Shown in pieces: positions 8,869 through 16,083 of a DNA stretch of 64,000 nt. The stretch comes from Candidatus Omnitrophota bacterium (GTDB lineage: Bacteria > Omnitrophota > Gorgyraeia > DTHP01): the NCBI GenBank assembly GCA_023819145.1, contig JAMWCW010000001.1, positions 66,400 to 130,399 of the forward strand, read 5' to 3'. Each line of letters opens with the position of its first letter. The first letter of the stretch is position 1. The position numbers were made by a program, and so were the translations under genes. Under the pieces are notes generated by a model that saw only the letters and a list, made by a program, of their open reading frames with translations, ran no database searches and was not told where the DNA came from.

Positions 8869-10407
8869 ATGAGAAAAATATTTTTAGTTCTTTCTTTTTG
8901 TTTATTGTTTTTTCTATTTTGTCCTTTAAATTATAATTCTCAAGAATATTTTTCTTTCCGTAGAATTCATCGTAATCTTTTAATCACTGACCCACAACTT
9001 TTAGATGAGGCATATTTGTTGAATATCCTCCATATTGGGGGTGGATTGGGTTCCATTGTAGTCGATGCTCGTAGCGGAGAGCATATTGCGAGATTGAGTA
9101 TCTCTGGGAAAAGAATTATTAGTCGTGATGGTTTTAGCGTGCAGGATATTTTAAAAGGGATAGAAGAAGGGCGATTCGTTACTGTTACTCATCAAGAATT
9201 AGTTCAGAGGGCTCTTGAACATAGAGAGAATTGTGTGCTTGTCTTTACAGGTGGTGGAGATTCTGCGGGTATAAATGCAGTAATCAGTTCTGCAGTCCAA
9301 GGATTAAAGAAATTGAAACCAGAAATGACTGTTTTGGGTTTAAGAAACGCAGGAGCCAGTCTGGTGGTTTCTCCGGAAGAATTTCCCGAACATCTTGTTC
9401 TGATAGATGAATTATACGCTGAAGATGTTGCGGAACAGGGCAGTACTTTTTTGGGCTCTTCAAGGTATAATCCTTTTAAGAAAGCAGAAGATATGGCAAA
9501 GACTCTGGAAAACATAAAGGGTTTTGGAGCGTGGATTTCTACAGGAGGAGATGATAATCTTAAGGTTGCCCAGAGATTATCCCAGGAAAATCCGGAAATG
9601 GTGGTTTTGGCTACTGCCAAAACCATCGATGGTGATGTGATGGTTAATGGAAGAGGAGTGCAATGTTTGGGATTTGATTCAGCAGCGAAGATGTATCGGG
9701 ACGAAATTTATTCTATTGCCCAGAGTGCCAAAGCTCATGGAGAGAAAGAACAACCGCTGGTAATTGTGGTTGAGGTGTTTGGAAGGGATTCCGGAAGGTT
9801 GGCTTTTGAATCGGCGCGCCCCGATGACTTTTCCGGATTGAATGCGGAGGAAATTCGGAGACAAGTTGACCTTGCAGGAACGATAATGATCGTTGTTCCT
9901 GAGGAGAAACATGCTGACGGGACTCAAGCGACCATTGATGAATTAGTAAAAAGGGCAGAGGAAATTATTGCCCGCGAAAATGCAGTGGTAATAGTTGTTG
10001 CTGAAGGTTATCGGCCAGGAGATATGCCGGATATTGTAAAAACTTCTTCTAAAACAGATGCCTACGGACACGTTCAACTTGCCGGCATTGGTTCCGCGCT
10101 TGTTCCGGTTTTAGAAAAAAGAATTCCTAAAGCAAAAGTAAGAACCTCTCTTCTTAACTATGAAGGAAGGGGAACGCTTCCCAGCGAATACGATGTTACA
10201 TTGGGTTATAAGATTGGTTGGGAAATGGCTGAACTAATAGCCCAAGGAGTGACGGGTGGAAGGTTTGTAGGATATTTCAATGAAATGGATGCCCGTTTTG
10301 AACTGCCGGTGGTGCTGGAATTGGTGAATATCTCTAACCAGAATACCTTAGAGCTTTATCCCCGTCAAATATTAGAGAGGAATAGGGTTTTGGTGCTTGA
10401 TAGGTAA
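8869..10407 (+). CDS. pfk: 6-phosphofructokinase (ATP- or PPi-dependent) with RR leader
   Basis: VLVFTGGGDSAGINAVI, GSTFLGSSRYNPF, WISTGGDDNLKVAQRL, AKTIDGDV, PLVIVVEVFGRDSGRLAFESA match PfkA motifs closely; leader LVLSFCLLFFLFCP...YFSFRRIHRN; RBS aaggaggg. Confidence 0.8.
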   Translation: MRKIFLVLSFCLLFFLFCPLNYNSQEYFSFRRIHRNLLITDPQLLDEAYLLNILHIGGGLGSIVVDARSGEHIARLSISGKRIISRDGFSVQDILKGIEEGRFVTVTHQELVQRALEHRENCVLVFTGGGDSAGINAVISSAVQGLKKLKPEMTVLGLRNAGASLVVSPEEFPEHLVLIDELYAEDVAEQGSTFLGSSRYNPFKKAEDMAKTLENIKGFGAWISTGGDDNLKVAQRLSQENPEMVVLATAKTIDGDVMVNGRGVQCLGFDSAAKMYRDEIYSIAQSAKAHGEKEQPLVIVVEVFGRDSGRLAFESARPDDFSGLNAEEIRRQVDLAGTIMIVVPEEKHADGTQATIDELVKRAEEIIARENAVVIVVAEGYRPGDMPDIVKTSSKTDAYGHVQLAGIGSALVPVLEKRIPKAKVRTSLLNYEGRGTLPSEYDVTLGYKIGWEMAELIAQGVTGGRFVGYFNEMDARFELPVVLELVNISNQNTLELYPRQILERNRVLVLDR

Positions 10408-10461
10408 AGAGATAACTTATTTTATTTGGCATTTTTAAAACAAATAGGTTTCTGAGTATTT

Positions 10462-11253
10462 GTGCGATATTTAATAATAAGAAAAATAGTAATTATTTTA
10501 TTTTTTTTGGCTCTTTCTCAGACAATAGTATTTTCTCCGGTGTATGCTCGCAGAGTGAAGTGGTTTGGGGGTGAGTTATCACTTCTTCAAGAAAATAATT
10601 TTTTTGTAGGGCTGGAAGATAGTTTGAAAGAGTTTGTTATTAAATTCGAGGATGCCAGAGTAATAAAATCTATCTCTCAGCCAGAGCCATTAGAAGGGGA
10701 TGCCCCTTTTGATTCCGGAGAAAAGATAGTTACCTATAAAATTGAGGTTTTGACAGATAAAGGGGTTAGCAGTTTAGTAGTGAAATTGGTAAGTAGCAGA
10801 GAAGCAAAAAATTTCTTAACTGCTTCTTTAAGGGGTGTTTCTCCAGGTCCAGCGATTTTTGTAGAACAGGGGTGGGAGAACAGAAATGGCGTTAGCGAAG
10901 GTTATTTAATCTATCGGTTCTTTGAAGGAGTGAAGTTAAGCGAAATTTGTAATCAGGAACAGGCAATTGATATCCTAAAGAATAATCTTTGGATTATTGA
11001 AGAATTAGGTATTAAACTTGCGAATTTAAAGAAAGCAGGGGTAAAATATAGAGATTTTTTATATTATAATACGCTTATTGATTTAGAAAAGAGAGCTCTT
11101 GTGATTGTTGATTACGGTGATAGGCATTGCGCTGATCCCTTTATTCAGGTAAGAGATTGGTGGTTGCCTTTGATGTTCAATACTGAACCCGAGATATTAG
11201 AGAAAGTTATTAGTTTATTTGTAGAAGTTTATCAGAGAGAATTAAATAATTAA
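10462..11253 (+). CDS. protein-kinase-like fold protein (candidate secreted kinase) with RR leader
   Basis: VVKLV (VAIK-like Lys), KYRDFLYYNTLID (HRDxxxxN catalytic loop), VIVDYGD (DFG-like); leader IVIILFFLALSQTIVFSPVYARRVKW; GTG start. Confidence 0.35.
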   Translation: MRYLIIRKIVIILFFLALSQTIVFSPVYARRVKWFGGELSLLQENNFFVGLEDSLKEFVIKFEDARVIKSISQPEPLEGDAPFDSGEKIVTYKIEVLTDKGVSSLVVKLVSSREAKNFLTASLRGVSPGPAIFVEQGWENRNGVSEGYLIYRFFEGVKLSEICNQEQAIDILKNNLWIIEELGIKLANLKKAGVKYRDFLYYNTLIDLEKRALVIVDYGDRHCADPFIQVRDWWLPLMFNTEPEILEKVISLFVEVYQRELNN

Positions 11254-11325
11254 TGAGATTTGCTACTCTTAAAGAAATTATCTTGCGGCGAGAAATGATC
11301 ACAATTTTAAGGGGGAGGAAGTGAT

Positions 11326-13551
11326 ATGGGTATGAGGAAAATATTCATATTTTGTTTTATTCTCATAAAATTTGCCATCTTTTCATTTTCTTTTAATTTT
11401 TCCTCTTTAGAAATTATTGCGCATCGCAGAACTAAAATTTCTCCTTTAGTAGCAAATCATGAGTCTGTAAGGAAAGTTTTAGTAGATATTTTCTACAGAG
11501 CAGCAGGATTTCAAGGGGCTTTGCGCAGCGGAACAGCACAAGAACGGCGAGATATTTTAAACCAACCTGAGGTAAAGCGCGCTGTTTCTTTGCTCCAATA
11601 TGGTTTGAGTTTAGGAAGTACAACTTTAAGAAATCAAGTGGCTTATCTTGCTGAACGTTTAGGGATAAGCGCGAATCCCGCAGTAAATATTGGAATCTAT
11701 CAGGGAGAAGCCGAAATTTTTGATATTCTGGGAAATATCTTTATGCCTGAGGGAGATGGTTTAGTCTTTTATCAAAAAGGAACTGATAATCCCGAAACTC
11801 TTTTTAAGCCTTTTTTGGCTCGCTATGGAGCCAAAATATTTGAATTTGACCCTTACTTCGTAGAGCGCAATTCTACTCCCTCCTATTCTACAGAATTAAG
11901 CGGTTTTGAAGCGCTGATTTCTTTAGCTATTCAAGAGGGACAAAATCCGCGTTTTATCTATCTTAGCGGAAAAGGTTTAACCGAAGCGCAAGCAAGAAGA
12001 ATTTATGCTTTGGCAGAAACTTACAATCTTATAATTATTGAGGATATTACCAACGCAAACCCTACAGATTATCTACTTTCTGCAAACGATTCTCAAGGGA
12101 GAGTAATTTCCATCGGAAATTTTGACAAGTATTTAGGGGCTGCAAATCCTTTAAGTTATGCCATTGCGGGAGAAGAGATTATGCGTCTTATGGAAATTGC
12201 TATTGGCGGGATAAGTCTTCATCCCAATGCTTTTATTCAGCCGATAGTCTCGGAAATTTTAGCCCAAAACGGTATACCTTTCTCGGTAAATGTTTCCTAT
12301 AAACCCATCACTCTTTCTGAGAGTGTAAAAGCAATTCTTGCTTCAACAGGTGCAGACCAGCGCTTAAAACCCTCCATCATTAGAGAAATTCTTAAAGGGG
12401 CAGTTTCGGATATGGTGCGTATGGGAGGAGGGGTTCCTGCCGAGGAGTTCTTCCCTTATGTGGAAATTGCCCAGATTATAGAAAATATGAGCCCTGAGGA
12501 ATGGGAAAAGGTAATGGCTGGGGACCCGGCGATTAATTTAGAGTTGCGCAGTGTTTTTTGCCGGTGGCTTGAAGAAAGAGGAATAAAAGCTGACCCCCGT
12601 CAGGTTTTGGTAACCAATGGGAGCCAGCAGGGTTTGGATTTATTGGGAAGATGGGTGGGAAAAGAAGGAGTTGTTTTTGCCGAATCTCCTACCTATGTAG
12701 GAATGATTACGGGAGTTGCTCCTTACGGAGGCCTTCCTTATGGTAGAAATATTCGGCATTGGGATTTACGCACACTCACTGGATTAGAGAATTTAGAGAA
12801 AGAAATTGAAGAGAACTATCGAGGTAAAAAAATTGTTTTATATGTTACACCAAACTTTGGTAATCCTCCTTCAGGGAATATGTGGACGATTAGCGAAAGA
12901 AGGAATCTTCTGGCTTTTGCCCAGAGGATGCGCTTAAAGGGATACGATTTGCATATTGTAGAAGATGATCCTTATGGAGAACTAAATTATACTGGTCAAA
13001 GAATTGTAGATATCAAAGAGTTGGATACAAACGGAACAGTAATTTATTTCAACTCCAATTCCAAAGTCTTTTCTCCGGGAATGCGTGTGGGGTACATTGT
13101 GGCTGATGAGAAAATAATTCATGAATTTGCTTCTCTTATGGATGAAGTAGGTTCTTTTGTTCCTACACTCCCCCAACTTATTATTACTAAGTTTATCGAG
13201 ACAGGAGCGATGGATAGACATATTGAATTTTTGATTGGTGAATATTCAAAACGTGCACGGGCAATGGAAGAAGCTTTAGAGGAATTTATGCCTGAAGGTG
13301 TAACCTGGACAAAACCTGAGGGAGGGTTATTTATTACTTTAACTGTTCCCTGGGATATAGATTTTATGGCCATGCTTGAGGAGGCCAAAAATTACGCGAT
13401 TCCCTTTAACTTTGTTCCGGGTATCGCCTTTAGTGTGGATGGCTCAAGTGCTCATAAAATTCGTCTTTGCTTTTCCACAGAGTCTGAAGAAAGAATAACC
13501 TTAGGTATTAAGGCTTTTGCGGAGTTGATAAAAAAACACCTTGGCCAATAG
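11326..13551 (+). CDS. PLP-dependent aminotransferase (class I/II fold) with N-terminal degenerate aminotransferase-like domain and RR leader
   Basis: C-half: LVTNGSQQGLDLLG, NSNSKVFSPGMRVGYIV (SxSK...R PLP-lysine motif); N-half has similar architecture (IYLSGKG...IIIEDI, SIGNFDKYLGAANP) without the full motif; leader FIFCFILIKFAIFSFSFNFSS...IIAHRRTKIS. Confidence 0.5.
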   Translation: MGMRKIFIFCFILIKFAIFSFSFNFSSLEIIAHRRTKISPLVANHESVRKVLVDIFYRAAGFQGALRSGTAQERRDILNQPEVKRAVSLLQYGLSLGSTTLRNQVAYLAERLGISANPAVNIGIYQGEAEIFDILGNIFMPEGDGLVFYQKGTDNPETLFKPFLARYGAKIFEFDPYFVERNSTPSYSTELSGFEALISLAIQEGQNPRFIYLSGKGLTEAQARRIYALAETYNLIIIEDITNANPTDYLLSANDSQGRVISIGNFDKYLGAANPLSYAIAGEEIMRLMEIAIGGISLHPNAFIQPIVSEILAQNGIPFSVNVSYKPITLSESVKAILASTGADQRLKPSIIREILKGAVSDMVRMGGGVPAEEFFPYVEIAQIIENMSPEEWEKVMAGDPAINLELRSVFCRWLEERGIKADPRQVLVTNGSQQGLDLLGRWVGKEGVVFAESPTYVGMITGVAPYGGLPYGRNIRHWDLRTLTGLENLEKEIEENYRGKKIVLYVTPNFGNPPSGNMWTISERRNLLAFAQRMRLKGYDLHIVEDDPYGELNYTGQRIVDIKELDTNGTVIYFNSNSKVFSPGMRVGYIVADEKIIHEFASLMDEVGSFVPTLPQLIITKFIETGAMDRHIEFLIGEYSKRARAMEEALEEFMPEGVTWTKPEGGLFITLTVPWDIDFMAMLEEAKNYAIPFNFVPGIAFSVDGSSAHKIRLCFSTESEERITLGIKAFAELIKKHLGQ

Positions 13552-13608
13552 ATTTTTTTGTAATATTTATATCTCCCTTTGGTTATAGATAATAGGGGGG
13601 CGAGAAAG

Positions 13609-14769
13609 ATGAAGAAATACTTAAGAATTAGAGGGATATTTATTTTAGTAGTATTTGTAGTATTTTTATTTACGCTTTTGATTCCTGTAAAACATTCCTT
13701 GGCTTATCCCAGGAGTTATCCTTATTTAGTTTCTAATTCATTACCAGCTTTTTCCGCGCGAGGGTTTAATGAAGCGCTCTTAGCGCGAGTTTTGCGCGAG
13801 ATTATCATTATCTATAAATTCTTGGCTCAAATCGAAAGGGTTCTTAATGAAAGAGGAGAAAATGATTTTCCATCTTTAGGTAGGGTCATCGGAGACAGAC
13901 CTCAGGAGAGAGAAAATTCCCAAAATACTCCCCCCAAAAGAAGTAATTTAAGGGAAGAACCTGCGGGTAACCGTCATCTAGACCCAGAAAATCCTTCGGC
14001 AAAACTACCAGAAGGGTCATCTTCGTCACCTGCTGGTTCTCTAGGAAAGATAAAGATTGCGATTATTGATATTGACTCTAAGCACGCCGCAGAAGTAAAG
14101 GCGGTAATGGAAGAGACAATTCGGCGTAAGAATCCCGGGGCAAAAGTAGAAATTCGTACCATTATTCTTCCTGGCAAATGGCAAAGGGATGGTTCTAAAG
14201 CGGTGGCTACCAGTGATATTTTAGACGCTTTTGCAGAAGCCAAAGCTTGGGGCGCAAAGGTAATCAATATGAGTATTGGTGCACAAGGAGGTGTAGACGG
14301 TATAGTGCTTAGTGCCTTACGCGACCTTTCTGAAAGTGGCATTCTGGTAGTAGCGGCATCAGGTAATGAAGGTAGTTATGATGCTTGGGGGCAAGCTGGC
14401 CGATATGTCTTATCAGTGGGGGTAAGAGGTGCACCTTATTCCAATACCGCTGATTTATATGTCGATTGGGGAGAGCTTCCACCTGGATTAGAAGGCACAT
14501 CTTTTGCTGCTCCGATTATTGCTGCGGAAGCGGCTTTAGCCTGGTTAGAAAACCCTTCCCTTAACTTGGCAAGTTTGCCTTCTCAATTAGGTTCACGGGA
14601 CACAGTTTATGCCCGGAGTAATCCTCCGCAAAGAAGTTCGCAGGGGTTTCACACTTCGGCAATAGAGTTTGTAAGGCCACCTGTTGTTTTTTATACGCCG
14701 GTGGAAGAAATGCCTTTTTACGAACAGAGTTTTTATTCGCCTGTTGGCTGTTTTCCGTCTTTTTGGTAA
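13609..14769 (+). CDS. subtilisin-like serine peptidase (S8 family), signal-anchored, no canonical HGTH motif seen
   Basis: AIIDIDS (Asp box), VINMSIGA, VAASGNEGS (oxyanion Asn), GTSFAAPIIAA (catalytic Ser box); start at ATG 13609 after RBS agggggg; N-term LRIRGIFILVVFVVFLFTLLIP; no RR motif after the hydrophobic segment. Confidence 0.55.
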   Translation: MKKYLRIRGIFILVVFVVFLFTLLIPVKHSLAYPRSYPYLVSNSLPAFSARGFNEALLARVLREIIIIYKFLAQIERVLNERGENDFPSLGRVIGDRPQERENSQNTPPKRSNLREEPAGNRHLDPENPSAKLPEGSSSSPAGSLGKIKIAIIDIDSKHAAEVKAVMEETIRRKNPGAKVEIRTIILPGKWQRDGSKAVATSDILDAFAEAKAWGAKVINMSIGAQGGVDGIVLSALRDLSESGILVVAASGNEGSYDAWGQAGRYVLSVGVRGAPYSNTADLYVDWGELPPGLEGTSFAAPIIAAEAALAWLENPSLNLASLPSQLGSRDTVYARSNPPQRSSQGFHTSAIEFVRPPVVFYTPVEEMPFYEQSFYSPVGCFPSFW

Positions 14770-14876
14770 TTTTTGTTTGTTTTCTTCTAAATAAAGGGGA
14801 CACTTACTACCGACTCTTCATTGGTTGTAAGAAAGTAAAAGATATTAAACTTGAATTCCGAGGAGGTATTATATAA

Positions 14877-16064
14877 ATGAAAAATAGTAGAGGAAAGATT
14901 TATGTTATGTTTTTGGGTTTGTTATTTTTCTTTCTTAACTCATTATTATATTTAGACTTATCTGCGGGATGCTCTTTCCGGCGAATCAAAACTCAACCTG
15001 CCAAAGAATCTGCGCTGGTGCTTTTTTTCCACGAATTAGGTAGAGAAGATATTTTTTTAGTGGGAGGAAAAGGGGCAAATTTGGGAGAACTTTCGCATAT
15101 TGCCGGGATAAGCGTTCCCGAGGGGTTTGTAGTTACCACCACCGCTTTTCAAAAATTTTTAGATGCCAACCCTGGATTACAAGATAAAATTATCAGGATT
15201 ATAAATAGTATAGATTGGGATACCCCTTCCAGTATAAACTCTGCTGCGGAAAAGATAAAAGAAGCGGTTTTGCGTGCGAACATGCCGCGAGAGATTATTG
15301 AGATGATTAAAGCAGGTTATGGCCATTTAGAAGAGATCTCCGGAATAAAGGATGTGCCCTGTGCTGTAAGAAGTTCGGGAGTTGCTGAGGATTCTCCTAA
15401 CTTTTCTTGGGCAGGTCAATTCCGCACTGAATTAAATCAGAGGGGAATATATCAGGTTTTAGAGGCGGTTAAATTAATCTGGGCAGAGTTGTATAATCCT
15501 GATGCCCTTACCTATGGACATCAGAATGGTATCGACCCGCGCAAATTTTCTATGGGAGTGGTAATTCAGCGGATGATAAATTCAGAGAAATCAGGAGTGG
15601 CTTTTGGACTGGAGTCCGATACAGGTTTTCGTGCCAATCCCGGAGGAATGGAAGGAGTTTTTTATATTGAAGGGGTTTATGGTTTAGGTGAAGGGATGGT
15701 GCAAAATATTCAAGAACCTGATGGATTTTTGGTAGTAAAGATGCCTAATGGTGAATTTAAAATTATTGAACGCATTTTCGGTTCCAAAAGAGAACAGATA
15801 GTTTATCGGTCTGGAATGAGTGGGACAGAGAAAACTTCGGTTCCCGAAGAATGGCGTCAGAGATGGGTTTTTTCAGAAGCAGAGGTGTTAGAGATTGCTC
15901 GTGCAGTTTTTGCCTTAAATAGCCACTATAATCATCCCCAGGATGTAGAATTTGCCTGGGAAGGAGGAAAACTATACATATTACAATCACGCAATGAGAC
16001 AGTTCATGCAGATAAACCAGTAGATTTAATTGAATGGAGAAAGTTTAGAATTAACCTTAAATGA
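14877..16064 (+). CDS. PEP synthase/pyruvate phosphate dikinase N-terminal nucleotide-binding (ATP-grasp) module, separate ORF, with RR leader
   Basis: LVGGKGANLGELSHIAGISVPEGFVVTTTAF matches PEP-utilising enzyme N-terminal signature; RBS gaggagg; leader VMFLGLLFFFLNSLLYLDLSAGCSFRRIKTQP. Confidence 0.75.
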   Translation: MKNSRGKIYVMFLGLLFFFLNSLLYLDLSAGCSFRRIKTQPAKESALVLFFHELGREDIFLVGGKGANLGELSHIAGISVPEGFVVTTTAFQKFLDANPGLQDKIIRIINSIDWDTPSSINSAAEKIKEAVLRANMPREIIEMIKAGYGHLEEISGIKDVPCAVRSSGVAEDSPNFSWAGQFRTELNQRGIYQVLEAVKLIWAELYNPDALTYGHQNGIDPRKFSMGVVIQRMINSEKSGVAFGLESDTGFRANPGGMEGVFYIEGVYGLGEGMVQNIQEPDGFLVVKMPNGEFKIIERIFGSKREQIVYRSGMSGTEKTSVPEEWRQRWVFSEAEVLEIARAVFALNSHYNHPQDVEFAWEGGKLYILQSRNETVHADKPVDLIEWRKFRINLK

Positions 16065-16083
16065 AAAAAGGGGGAGATAAATA

